Shown one piece after another: positions 52,362-64,000 of a stretch of 64,000 bases of DNA (position 1 is the stretch's first letter; every line of letters begins with the position of its first letter). A program made the position numbers and the translations under genes. The stretch is taken from positions 128,484 through 192,483 of the forward strand of contig JACPIQ010000008.1 of NCBI GenBank assembly GCA_016188005.1, written 5' to 3'. The notes below the pieces were generated by a model. That model had not been told where the DNA came from. It searched no databases and saw only the letters and a list, made by a program, of their open reading frames with translations. The DNA is from Candidatus Rokuibacteriota bacterium. Lineage in GTDB: Bacteria; Methylomirabilota; Methylomirabilia; Rokubacteriales; CSP1-6.

Positions 52362-54980
52362 ATGACGGACATTCCGGACCGGTACGACCCTAGCCGCGTG
52401 TAGCCGCGCTGGTACCGCGAGTGGGAAGAGCGGGGATACTTCCACGCCGACCCCGGCTCGCCGAAGGATCCGTACTCCATCGTCATCCCGCCCCCCAACG
52501 TGACCGGCTCGCTGCACATGGGCCACGCCCTGAACAACACGCTCCAGGACATCCTCGTCCGTTACAAGCGGATGGACGGCTACAACGCACTGTGGCTCCC
52601 GGGCACCGACCATGCGGGCATCGCCACCCAGTATGTCGTGGAGAGGCAGCTCGCGGCCGAGGGGAAGAGCAAGGAGGATCTCGGGCGCGAGGCATTCATC
52701 GCGCGGGTCTGGAGGTGGAAGGAGGAGTCGGGCGGCACCATCATCACCCAGCTGAAGCGACTGGGGGCCTCCTGCGACTGGCGCCGCGAGCGCTTCACGA
52801 TGGATGCCGGGCTGTCGACCGCGGTCCGCGAGGTCTTCGTCCGCCTCTGGGAAGAGGGCCTCGTGTACCAGGGGGACTACATCGTCAACTGGTGCCCGCG
52901 CTGCCAGACGGTGCTCTCCGACCTGGAGGTCGAGCGCGAGGAGCGGGACGCGGAGTTCGTCTACATCCGCTACGGGCCGCTCGTCCTGGGCACGGTGCGT
53001 CCGGAGACGAAGCTGGGCGACACCGCGCTGGCCGTCCACCCGAGGGACAGGCGCTACGCCCGGTACGTCGGGCAGACGCTGGAGATCCCCTCGGTCGAGG
53101 GGACGATCCGCATGCGGGTGGTGGCCGACGCCGCCGTGGATCCCAAGTTCGGGACCGGCGTGATCAAGGTCACGCCCGGCCACGACCCGGTGGACTTCGA
53201 GATCGGCCGCCGCCACGACCTCCCCATCCGGACCGTGATTGGCTTCGACGGGAGGATGACGGCGCTCGCGGGCCGGTACGCCGGCCTCGACCGCTTCGAG
53301 TGCCGGAGGCGGATCGTCGCGGACATGCAGGCGCTGGGCCTCATCGAGCGTATCGAGCCCTACCGCCACGCCGCGGGCGTCTGCTACCGCTGCAAGACCG
53401 TGGTGGAGCCGCTGATCTCCAAGCAATGGTACGTGCGGGCCAAGCCGCTGGCGGAGGTGGCCATCAAGGCGGTACGCAGCGGCCGCATCCGGATCGTGCC
53501 CCGCACGTGGACCAAGACGTACTTCCACTGGATGGAGAACATCCGCGACTGGGCGATCTCGCGTCAGCTCTGGTGGGGACATCGCATTCCGGCCTGGTAC
53601 TGCGACGCCGAGGGGAGCGTCCACGTCTCGCGCACGGACCTCACCGCGTGTCCGGGGTGCGGGGGGGCCCTCCGCCAGGACCAGGACGTGCTCGACACCT
53701 GGTTCTCCTCCGGCCTCTGGCCCTTCTCGACGCTCGGCTGGCCCGCGGCCACGGCCGATCTGGCCGTGTTCTACCCGACCTCCTGCCTCGTGACGGGTTT
53801 CGATATCCTCTTCTTCTGGGTGGCCCGGATGGCCATGCTCGGGCTCAAGTTCATGGGGGAAGTGCCCTTCCGGGACGTCTACATCCACGCCCTCGTCCGC
53901 GACGCCGAGGGCCAGAAGATGTCCAAGTCCAAGGGCAATGTCATCGACCCACTCACGGTGATGGACCGCTTCGGCACCGACGCCTTCCGGTTCACCCTCG
54001 CGGCGCTTGCCGCGCAAGGGCGCGACATCCGGCTCTCGGAGGAGCGGGTCGAGGGGTACCGGAACTTCGCCAACAAGGTGTGGAACGCCGCACGGCTGGC
54101 ACTGGCGACGCTCGACGGCTACGACCCCAGGCTGGCGAAGCAGGGGACGCCGTCGGTGGCCGACCGCTGGATCCTCAGCCGCCTGGCGGAGACCATCAAG
54201 ACGGTGCGGCGGTCCCTCGACACGTACCGTTTCAACGAGGCCGCCTCGGCCGTCTACCAGTTCCTCTGGCACGAGCTCTGCGACTGGTACCTGGAGATCG
54301 CCAAGCAGCGGCTCTACCAGACGGCCGACCCGGCCGCCCGCGCGGTCACGCAGCGGACGCTGCTCGAGGCCCTGGAGACCACACTGCGGCTGCTGCACCC
54401 GTTCATGCCGTTCATTTCCGAGGAGCTCTGGCAGCGGCTGCCCCACGATGGCCCCTCGGTGATGGTCGCACCGTTCCCGAAGGCGCGCCGGCGCGCCCGC
54501 GATGTCCGCGCCGAGGCGCGCATGGCCTCCGTCATCGCCATCGTGAGCGGGATCCGCAACGTCCGCAGCGAGAGCCGCGTGCCCCCCGGACGGCAGCTGC
54601 GGGCCACCGTCCGGCCAGGGTCCGGGAGCGACGTGGAGAGCCTCCGCGAGGCCGCGCCCCTGATGGGAACGCTGGCCCGCGCGGCGATCAGCGTGGAGCC
54701 CGACGCCGCGCGCCCGCCTCACGCGGCGCTGGCCGTGGCCGACGGCTGCGAGGTCTACGTGGAGCTCGAGGGCGTGGTGGACCTGGCGGCCGAGCGGCAG
54801 CGGGTCGCCAAGGAGATCGACAAGGCAGGGCGGGAGATCGCGTTTCTGGAGGGGAAGCTGTCGCGAGCGGACTTCGTGGAGCGGGCACCGGCCGAGGTCG
54901 TGGAGCGGGAGCGGGAGCGGCTCGCGGCGGCCCGCTCGATGCTCGAGACGCTCACGGCCGGGCTCCGGGCGCTCCAGTGA
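52362..54980 (+). CDS. valS: Valine--tRNA ligase with an in-frame TAG at codon 14
   Basis: MTDIPDRYDPSRV*PRWYREWEE..IPPPNVTGSLHMGHA..DWAISRQLWWGH..KMSKS. TAG at 52401-52403. Confidence 0.93.
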
Positions 54981-55747
54981 GGCCCGCCACGACCGCCCGG
55001 GAGCCTCAGGCGCTCCACTGGGTGTTGCGCGAACTGGACACGGTGGACTCGACGCAGGCCGAGCTCCTCCGCCTGACGGTCGCCGGCGCGCGCGAGGGGA
55101 CGGCGGTGACCGCGCAGCACCAGACAGCCGGGCGCGGCCGGCGGAGCCGGGCGTGGTGGGACACTCCGGGAGAGAGCCTCCTCGTCTCGGCGCTGCTCCG
55201 ACCGCCGATCGCGCCCGGCCTGGCGCCCCAGCTCACCCTGGTGGCGGCCGTCGCGGTGGTGGACGCCGTGCGCGCCGCCGCCGGCGTGGAGGCGCGGATT
55301 CGCTGGCCCAACGACGTCACGGCCGATGGCCGGAAGCTCGGCGGGATCCTGGCCGAGGCCTCGTCCGGGCCCGATGGTGGCCTCCAGCACGTGCTCCTGG
55401 GCATCGGGATCAACGTGAACCAGACGGCGTTCCCGCCGGAGCTCGCCGAGCGTGCGACCTCGTTGCGCCTCCTGACCGGGGCCCGGCAGGAGCGCGCCCT
55501 GCTGCTCGCGCGGCTCCTGGAGGCGCTCGCGCGCCGCTATGAGGAGTACCTGACGGCCGGCTTCGAGCCGGTGCGCGGGGCCTGGCGTGCGGCCAGCGCT
55601 ACCCTCGGCACGCGGGTCGTGATGCCCGACGGCCGGTCCGGCATGGCCGAGGAGCTGGACGGGGACGGCGCGCTCCGCCTGAGGCTGGATGACGGAACGC
55701 TGGCTCGGGTATCGTCCGGGGAGATCGCCGATGCTCCTCCTCCTTGA
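54977..55747 (+). CDS. birA: Biotin--protein ligase (no HTH)
   Basis: DSTQ, QTAGRGR, RWPNDV, KLGGIL, GIGINVN. GTGA overlap with valS. Confidence 0.93.
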   Translation: MRPATTAREPQALHWVLRELDTVDSTQAELLRLTVAGAREGTAVTAQHQTAGRGRRSRAWWDTPGESLLVSALLRPPIAPGLAPQLTLVAAVAVVDAVRAAAGVEARIRWPNDVTADGRKLGGILAEASSGPDGGLQHVLLGIGINVNQTAFPPELAERATSLRLLTGARQERALLLARLLEALARRYEEYLTAGFEPVRGAWRAASATLGTRVVMPDGRSGMAEELDGDGALRLRLDDGTLARVSSGEIADAPPP

Positions 55748-56498
55748 GGTCGGCAACACCAACACCGGGGTCGGCGTGGCCGACGGGAGCCGGCTCGTGG
55801 CCTCGTGGCGGCTCACGAGCCGGCGGGAGCAGACCCCGGACGAGTACGGCGTGTTCATCCAGGGGCTGCTCTCCTCCCGCGGGATCGCCTCGGACCAGGT
55901 CAGCGCCGTGGCCATCTCCAACGTCGTCCCGCCGGTGCAGCAGACCCTGGAGCGGATGTGCGAGGGGTACTTCGGCGTGAGGCCGTTCACGGTGCAGCCG
56001 GGCGTCAACGTCCCGCTCGCGTTCAGCGTGGACAATCCGCGGGAGGTGGGCGCGGACCGTGTCTGCAACGCCGTGGCCGCTCTGGCGCTGTACGGGGCCC
56101 CGGTGATCGTGGTGGACTTCGGCACGGCAACCAACTTCGACTGCGTGAACGAGCGCGGCGAGTTCGTCGGAGGCGCCATCGCCCCCGGGCTCGCGACAGC
56201 GGCCGAGGCCCTGATCTCGCGCGCCGCGCGCCTCTTCCGGGTCGAGCTCGTGGCCCCGCCCACGGCCATCGGCCGCAACACGGGGACGAATATCCAGTCG
56301 GGGGTCGTGCTGGGTTACGCGGGGCTCGTGGACGGCCTCATTCAGCGGATGCGGCGTGAGCTGTCGGGCGATGTGAAGGTGGTGGGGACGGGCGGCCTCG
56401 CCGCCCAGATGCGGGAGGTGGCTGCGAACATCCAGACGGTGAACCCGAACCTGCGCCTGGAGGGGCTACGCATGATCTGGGAGCGCGCCCGGGGTTGA
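55731..56498 (+). CDS. coaX: Type III pantothenate kinase
   Basis: xGNTN, VGADR, VDFGTAT, GGAIAPG, TGG. birA-coaX synteny. Confidence 0.93.
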   Translation: MLLLLEVGNTNTGVGVADGSRLVASWRLTSRREQTPDEYGVFIQGLLSSRGIASDQVSAVAISNVVPPVQQTLERMCEGYFGVRPFTVQPGVNVPLAFSVDNPREVGADRVCNAVAALALYGAPVIVVDFGTATNFDCVNERGEFVGGAIAPGLATAAEALISRAARLFRVELVAPPTAIGRNTGTNIQSGVVLGYAGLVDGLIQRMRRELSGDVKVVGTGGLAAQMREVAANIQTVNPNLRLEGLRMIWERARG

Positions 56499-56523
56499 CA
56501 GGTCCGGGACTGCTCCGTATACT
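56495..56523 (+). promoter_or_regulatory. Near-consensus sigma70 promoter of guaB3-guaA
   Basis: TTGACA-N17-TATACT. Confidence 0.8.
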
Positions 56524-56629
56524 GACCGCTAAATACGGTATGAGTCGCCAGAAGACTCTCTAAATATCGGGTGTGGCGCCGGCGCCGGGGCGCTCCCCCG
56601 GCCTCGCCCGCCCGAGGGGGGAACACGGC

Positions 56630-57790
56630 ATGGGGATGTGGGTCGGTCGCGGCCGGAAGGCGCGGGCGGCGTATGGGTTCGATGATATCGCCCTGGTGCC
56701 CGGGGCGGTGACGATCAATCCCAGCGAGGTGGACATCTCCTGGGAGCTCTGCGGGCGTCACTTCCAGATCCCCATCATCGCCGCCGCCATGGACGGGGTC
56801 GTGAGTCCGGCGCTGGCCATCGAGATGGGCCGGCTGGGCGGGCTCGCGGTGCTGAACCTGGAAGGCATCTTCTCCCGCTACGAGAACCCCGAGGACGTGC
56901 TCGACCACATCACCTCCGCCAGCCTGGAGGAGGCGACGCGGATCATCCAGGGTATCTACGGCGAGCCGATCAAGGAAGAGCTGATCCACCGGCGCATCAC
57001 CGAGATCAAGAAGGGCGGGGGGCCGGTCGTGGTCTCCTCCATCCCCCAGCGCGCCGAGCGTTTCGCCAAGATCGCCGAGGACGCGGGCGCCGATTTCTTC
57101 GTCGTGCAGTCCACGGTGACGACGGCCCGGCACATCGCGACGGAGTACAGCCCTGTGGACCTGCGCAAGCTCAAGAAGAACCTCTCGATCCCTCTCATCG
57201 TCGGCAACACGGTGACCTACGAGGCCTGTCTCGAGCTCATGGACTGCGGCGTTGACGCGCTCCTGATCGGCGTGGGACCGGGAGCGGCCTGCACCAGCCG
57301 CGAGGTGCTGGGCCTGGGCGTGCCCCAGGTCACCGCCACCGCGGACTCGGCCGCGGCGCGGGACTTCTACTACAAGCGGACGGGCCGGTACGTGCCCATC
57401 ATCACCGACGGTGGCATGACCACGGGGGGAGACATCTGCAAGGCGCTGGCCGCGGGCGCGGACGCCGTGATGATCGGCTCCGCGTTTGCGCGCGCCCAAG
57501 AGGCCCCGGGCCGCGGCTATCACTGGGGCATGGCGACCCCGCACTCGAATCTGCCGCGCGGCACGCGCATCCGCGTTGGCGTCGCCGGCCCGCTCGAGCA
57601 GATCCTCTACGGGCCCGCCTTCACGGAGGACGGCACGCTCAACCTCGTGGGCGCCATCAGGACCTGCATGGGCTCCGTGGGTGCGGCCAGTGTCCGCGAG
57701 CTCCAGCAGACCGAGCTGATCATCGCGCCCTCGATCAAGACCGAGGGCAAGGTCTTCCAGCGCGCCCAGAAGCTGGGTTCTCCTCGCTGA
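56630..57790 (+). CDS. guaB: GuaB3-family IMP dehydrogenase (no CBS subdomain)
   Basis: AYGFDDIALVP, AAAMDGV, GVGPGAACTSR catalytic loop, HWGMATP. Upstream of guaA. Confidence 0.9.
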   Translation: MGMWVGRGRKARAAYGFDDIALVPGAVTINPSEVDISWELCGRHFQIPIIAAAMDGVVSPALAIEMGRLGGLAVLNLEGIFSRYENPEDVLDHITSASLEEATRIIQGIYGEPIKEELIHRRITEIKKGGGPVVVSSIPQRAERFAKIAEDAGADFFVVQSTVTTARHIATEYSPVDLRKLKKNLSIPLIVGNTVTYEACLELMDCGVDALLIGVGPGAACTSREVLGLGVPQVTATADSAAARDFYYKRTGRYVPIITDGGMTTGGDICKALAAGADAVMIGSAFARAQEAPGRGYHWGMATPHSNLPRGTRIRVGVAGPLEQILYGPAFTEDGTLNLVGAIRTCMGSVGAASVRELQQTELIIAPSIKTEGKVFQRAQKLGSPR

Positions 57791-57848
57791 CGCGCAGGCG
57801 CGCCCTGCCGCCACGGCTCCCGTCCGCAGGCCTCGGGCCGCCCCGCCA

Positions 57849-58043
57849 CCCCGATGAGCCCCGGAGGGGCGAAGAGGCCCAACCGCAACCCGAAGTCATC
57901 CACATTCAAGCGACATGGTTAGAGCCCCGGAGGGGCGAAGAGGCCCAACCGCAACCCGAAGTCATCCACATTCAAGCGACATGGTTAGAGCCCCGGAGGG
58001 GCGAAGAGGCCCGACCGCAACCCGAAGTCATTCACATTCAGGC
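57849..58043. repeat. Tandem array of three 66-bp repeats, same family as 27515-27896
   Basis: Core GAGCCCCGGAGGGGCGAAGAGGCCCAACCGCAACCCGAAGTCATCCACATTCA starts at 57856, 57922 and 57988. Confidence 0.96.
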
Positions 58044-58050
58044 AAGATAA

Positions 58051-59592
58051 ATGGACAAGATCGCCATCCTGGATTTCGGCGCCCAGTACACCCAGTTGAT
58101 CGCCCGCCGGATCCGCGAGATGTCGGTGTACTCCGAGATCATCGCGTGCACCCACCCCGTCGAGGAGGTACTGGCCGGGGGCTACAAGGGGATCGTGCTG
58201 TCCGGCGGCCCCTCCAGCGTGTACGACGAGGGAGCGCCGCTGCCTGACCGGAAGCTCTTCGAGGCGGGCATCCCGATCCTGGGGATCTGCTACGGCATGC
58301 AGGCGATGGCCTATCTCCTGGGCGGACACGTGGTTCCGGCCCAGCGCCGGGAATACGGCGGCGCCGAGCTGGCGCTCGAGGGCACCGGAGGGCTTCTGGA
58401 CGGCATCGTCCCGGAGCGCGACAACCGTGTCACGGTGTGGATGAGCCACGGGGACACGGTCATGCGGCCCCCGAAGGGCTTCACGCGGCTGGCCTCCACG
58501 GCGAACTGCCCGGTGGCCGCCATGTCCGATGAGAAGCGGCGGCTCTTTGCCGTGCAGTTCCATCCGGAGGTGGCCCACACCCCGCAGGGCAAGACCGTGC
58601 TGGGGAATTTCCTCCGCGCCTGCGGCGTGGCTCGGGAGTGGTCCATGACCTCCTTCGTGGACTTGGCCGTCGAGGCCGTCCGCCGGGCGGTTGGGCAGGA
58701 CCAGGTGCTGTGCGCGCTGTCGGGTGGCGTTGACTCCTCCGTGGTGGCGGTGCTGGTGCACAGGGCCATCGGGGAGCAGCTGACATGCCTCTTCGTCGAC
58801 AACGGACTGCTGAGGAAGGGGGAGGCCGAGAGCGTCGTCGAGACCTTCCGCGACTCCTTCAAGATCAAGCTCATCCACGTGGACGCAAGCACTCGATTTC
58901 TCGAACAACTCAGGGGCGTGACGGACCCGGAAACCAAGCGCAAGCGCATCGGGGCCGAGTTCATCGCCGTCTTCGAGGAGGAGGCCCGAAGGCTCGGGCG
59001 CATCCCGTGGCTGGCCCAGGGCACGCTTTACCCCGACGTGATCGAGTCGGTGTCTTTCAAGGGACCGTCGGCGACCATCAAGACCCATCATAACGTCGGC
59101 GGCCTCCCCTCCCGGATGCAGTTCAAGCTCGTGGAGCCGCTCCGCGAGCTGTTCAAGGACGAGGTGAGGCAGGTGGGGACTCTCCTCGGCCTCCCGGCGC
59201 AGATCATCTGGCGGCAGCCCTTTCCTGGGCCCGGGCTGGCGATTCGCGTCCTTGGCGAGGTGACCGAGGAGCGGCTGCATCTCTTGCGCGAGGCCGACGC
59301 CGTGGTGCAGGAGGAGGTGCGGGGCGCCGGCCTCGAGCGCGAGCTGTGGCAGGCTTTCGCGGTGCTCCTGCCTGTCCGCACCGTGGGCGTGATGGGTGAC
59401 TTCCGCACGTATGCGCAGGTGATCGCGCTCCGGGCGGTGATGAGCCAGGACGCCATGACGGCCGACTGGGCCCACCTGCCCTACGATCTCCTCGGGAAGA
59501 TCTCGAGCCGGATCATCAATGAGGTGAAGGGGATCAATCGCGTGGTGTTCGACATCTCCTCCAAGCCCCCCAGCACCATCGAGTGGGAATAG
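58051..59592 (+). CDS. guaA: GMP synthase (glutamine-hydrolysing)
   Basis: [36 protein letters not shown]. Confidence 0.98.
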   Translation: MDKIAILDFGAQYTQLIARRIREMSVYSEIIACTHPVEEVLAGGYKGIVLSGGPSSVYDEGAPLPDRKLFEAGIPILGICYGMQAMAYLLGGHVVPAQRREYGGAELALEGTGGLLDGIVPERDNRVTVWMSHGDTVMRPPKGFTRLASTANCPVAAMSDEKRRLFAVQFHPEVAHTPQGKTVLGNFLRACGVAREWSMTSFVDLAVEAVRRAVGQDQVLCALSGGVDSSVVAVLVHRAIGEQLTCLFVDNGLLRKGEAESVVETFRDSFKIKLIHVDASTRFLEQLRGVTDPETKRKRIGAEFIAVFEEEARRLGRIPWLAQGTLYPDVIESVSFKGPSATIKTHHNVGGLPSRMQFKLVEPLRELFKDEVRQVGTLLGLPAQIIWRQPFPGPGLAIRVLGEVTEERLHLLREADAVVQEEVRGAGLERELWQAFAVLLPVRTVGVMGDFRTYAQVIALRAVMSQDAMTADWAHLPYDLLGKISSRIINEVKGINRVVFDISSKPPSTIEWE

Positions 59593-59594
59593 TA

Positions 59595-59678
59595 GTGCGA
59601 GCCGAGGCGCGCCTCGCGGCGAGGCGAGCGGACAAGGAGGTCCCCCGAGCGGGGCGAGGCGTGCGAGCCGAGGCGCGC
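59595..59678. repeat. Intergenic element bounded by 18-bp direct repeats
   Basis: GTGCGAGCCGAGGCGCGC at 59595 and 59661 (66-bp spacing). Internal palindromes GAGGCGCGCCTC and GCCTCGCGGCGAGGC. Confidence 0.8.
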
Positions 59679-59692
59679 GGCGCGTGACGGTG

Positions 59693-62600
59693 ATGGGCGC
59701 CGCAGACTTCGTTCACCTCCACGTCCACTCGGAGTACAGCCTCCTCGACGGGGCGGCGCAGCTCGAGAAGCTGGTCGAGAAGGCCGGCGCCCTGGGCTTC
59801 CCGGCCCTCGCGTTGACCGACCACGGGAACCTCTTCGGGGCCATCGACTTCTACACGGCCTGCCGGAAGACCGGGATCAAGCCCATCCTGGGCTCGGAGC
59901 TCTACGTGGCGCCCGGCAGCCGGTTCGAGAAATCGAGCCAGGACGGCGGCTACGAGGGTGCGAGCCACTGCACGGTGCTGGTCCGCAACGAGACCGGCTA
60001 CCGGAACCTGATCAAGCTGGTCTCGAAGGCCTACCTCGAGGGTTTCTACTACAAGCCGCGCGTCGACCGCGAGCTGCTCTCCCAGCACGCCGACGGGCTG
60101 CTGGTGCTGTCAGGGTGCCTGAACTCCGAGGTGAGCCGGCTCCTGTCCGGCGGCGACGAGGCCAAGGCCCGACAGGTGGCGGGGTGGTATCAGGATGTCT
60201 TCGGGCGGGAACACTACTTCATGGAGCTGCAGTCCCACGGTCTCGAAGAACAGGCCCGCGTGACCGAGGGCACGCTCCGCATCGCCCGGGCGCTCGGGGC
60301 CCCCGTGTGCGGGACCAACGACTCCCACTACCTCGAGGCGGCCCACGCCCGCGCCCACGAGGCGCTCCTCTGCATCCAGACCGGCGCCACCCTGGCCGAT
60401 CCGAACCGGTGGCGCTTCTCGAGCGAGCAGTTCTACCTCAAGTCGGCGCAGGAGATGCGCCAGGTCTTCCGCGACCTGCCGGAGGCCTGCGCCAATACCC
60501 TGGCGGTGGCCGAGCGCTGTGACCTGGAGCTCGGCTTCGGCAAGTTCCACCTGCCCAACTACGGGGTGCCGGAGGGGCACAGCCTCGACTCCTACCTGGA
60601 GTACCTCGCCCGCGCGGGGATGGCGACGCGCTACGGCTCCCCGGCTCCCGACGCGGTGGCCGAGCGGCTGCGCTACGAGCTTGGCGTCATCTCGCGCATG
60701 GGCTTCTCGGGCTACTTCCTGGTGGTATGGGACTTCATCAGCTACGCGCGCCGCCAGGGGATCGCCGTGGGACCCGGGCGCGGGTCCTCGGCCGGATCGC
60801 TGGTGGCCTACTGTCTCGGGATCACCAACGTGGACCCGATCCGCTACGATCTCCTCTTCGAGCGCTTCCTGAACCCGGAGCGGATCTCGATGCCGGACAT
60901 GGACATCGACTTCGCGGACGACCGGCGCGACGAGGTGATCCGGTACGTCGTGGAGCGCTACGGGGCCGACCGCGTGGCGCACATCATCACCTTCGGCACG
61001 ATGGGCGCCAAGGCGGTGATCCGGGACGTGGGGCGGGTGCTGGGCTTCTCGTACGGCGAGGCCGACCGCCTGGCGAAGCTCGTGCCGGGCTTCCCGCTCA
61101 ACATCACCCTCGACGACTCCCTGGAGAAGGCGCCCGAGCTCGCCCAGCTGGTCAAGCGCGACCCGCGGGTGGGCGAGCTGTGGAGCGTGGCCAAGGCGCT
61201 GGAGGGGTGCACGCGGCACGCCTCGGTGCACGCCTCGGCGGTGGTGATCTCGGACGAGCCGCTCATGGAGCGCGTGCCGCTCTACAAGGACCCGAAGCGC
61301 CCGGAGCTCATCACGGGCTTCGCCATGGGGCCCATCGAGAAGCTCGGCCTCCTCAAGATGGACTTCCTGGGTCTCAAGACCCTGACGGTGATCAGCGACG
61401 CCGTCCGGCTCGTAAAGGAGTCGCTCGGCGTCTCGCTGGACCCGGCCGCGTTTCCGCTGGACGACGCCCGGACCTATCAGCTCCTCAGCGAGGCGCGCAC
61501 GCTGGGGGTATTCCAGCTGGAGTCGCCGGGAATGCGGGACGCGCTGCAGAAGCTGCGTCCCGGCCACATCGAGGACCTCATCGCCATGGTGGCGCTGTAC
61601 CGGCCGGGTCCCATGGACCTGATCCCGGACTTCGTCAACCGGAAGCACGGGCGCTCGCCCATCACCTACGAGCACCCGGCCATGGAGGAACACCTCAAGG
61701 CGACGTACGGGATCATGGTCTACCAGGAGCAGGTGATGCGGCTGGCTGCGGCGCTGGCGGGGTTCACGATGGGGCAAGCCGACACCCTCCGGAAGGCCAT
61801 GGGGAAGAAGGACCGCGAGCTCATGGCCCGGCAGCGGGAGCAATTCATCGCCGGCTGCCGGGCCAAGCAGATGGACGCGCGGAAGGCGGAGCGGATCTGG
61901 GAACTCATCGAGAAGTTCGCGGGCTACGGCTTCAACCGCAGCCACGCCGCCTGCTACGCGCTCGTGGCGTACCAGACCGCCTATCTCAAGGCGAACTATC
62001 CCGTGCAGTTCATGGCCGCGCTCCTCACCTCCGAGATGGACAGGACGGAGAAGATCGTCCAGCACATGGACGAGTGCCGGACCATGGAGCTCGCGGTGGC
62101 GCCGCCCGACGTCACTGCCTCGGAGGCGCGCTTCACGGTGTCGGGCCAGGCCATCCGCTTCGGGCTGGCTGCCGTCAAGAACGTCGGGGCCTCGGCCATC
62201 GAGTCCATCGTCCGCAACCGCAGCGAGCACGGGCCCTTCACCTCGCTGGGGGATTTTTGCGGCCGCGCGGACCTCCGGCTCATCAACCGGCGCGTCATCG
62301 AGAGCCTCATCAAGGCCGGGGCCTTCGACACGCTGGGCGCCACCCGGGCCGGGCTGCTCGCCTCGCTGGACGAGGCGATGGAGGCCGGGCAGCGGCGCCA
62401 GCGAGACCGCGACGAGGGCCAGGGCTCCCTCTTCGACGTCCCGGGGGACGCCGGGCCGGCCCTGCCGGCCGCGGCGGAGCGCCAGGCGACGGTGCCCGAG
62501 TGGGCCACGGAGCAGCGCCTCGCCTACGAGAAGGAAGTGCTGGGCTTCTACCTCTCCGGGCACCCGCTGGAGCGGTACCGCGAGACGGCCCGGGAGCTGG

Positions 62601-63215
62601 GCACGGCGGGGGCGGCGGAGGTGGCCTCGCGCCCCGCGGCGACGCGCGTCGCGCTCCTGGGCCAGATCAGCGCCCTCAGGGAGCGCGCGACGAAGAGCGG
62701 CAACCGCATGGCCTTCGCGACGCTCGACGTGGCGGACGGCGGCGTGTCGCTCACCGTGTTCCCGGAAGCGCTCAAGACCTGCGCCGCAGCGCTTCGCGCC
62801 TCCGGCCCGGTGATCGTCAAGGGACGCATCGACGAGACCGAGAAGGGGCGGGTCGTCCTCGTGGAGGAGATCGCTCCGCTGGACGCTGCGCTCCGCGCCG
62901 CTGGCGCGGGTCCGCGCGGGCGCCTCGCCGGCGTGGGAGCGGCGTCCGTCGGGGCCGGGCTGGAGCACGGCGGGGAGCGGCACGCGCACGCCTGCAGGGT
63001 CCGGTTGCGCCCCGAGGCATCGCCCGTGGAGCCGCTCCTCACCGCGGTGCGACAGGTCTGCCGGGAGCACCCGGGCGAGACACCGCTCTTCCTGCACGTG
63101 CTCCTGCCGGAGCACGAGGTCGTGGTGAAGGCCCCGGGATGTCCCATCGCGCCCGGCCCGGAGTTGACGGAGAAGCTCGAGAGGCTCCTCGGGCCGGGCA
63201 GCATCACGGTCGAGT

Positions 63216-63232
<17 letters not shown>
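59693..63232 (+). CDS. dnaE: DNA polymerase III alpha subunit
   Basis: [51 protein letters not shown]. Confidence 0.97.

Positions 63233-64000
<768 letters not shown>

Overview
Very GC-rich (roughly 70% or more, by eye) bacterial chromosome segment made up mostly of core genes. It comes from an LPS-producing diderm. Gene content and style suggest Ca. Rokubacteria/Methylomirabilota, but that is an inference. Left to right: (1) a minus-strand hybrid efflux operon (RND adaptor, AcrB-type pump, TolC, second adaptor, split MacB-type ABC); (2) class II ribonucleotide reductase nrdJ, a monoheme cytochrome c, a GAF-GAF hybrid kinase and ppx; (3) HNH-uvrB-small membrane protein-uvrC; (4) leuS-lptE-holA-ceramidase-like gene, then rpsT; (5) murJ-xerD-CCA enzyme-pyrG-kdsA-kdsD-kdsC-lptC-lptA-lptB-rpoN-hpf-rapZ-GH57; (6) metK-ahcY-UPF0182 and a fused lptF-lptG; (7) valS-birA-coaX-guaB3-guaA-dnaE-accA (partial). 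I found no rRNA, tRNA, CRISPR array, transposase or prophage. The most notable signals are mostly non-coding: two tandem arrays of one structured 63/66-bp repeat family; a ~115-nt long-stem/pseudoknot leader with an upstream ORF (uORF) in front of xerD; an in-frame TAG at codon 14 of the essential gene valS; two sigma54 promoters with identically spaced IHF-like sites; leaderless and bidirectional promoters; and 5-codon ORFs that bridge adjacent genes. Structures and motifs were read by eye and not computed.
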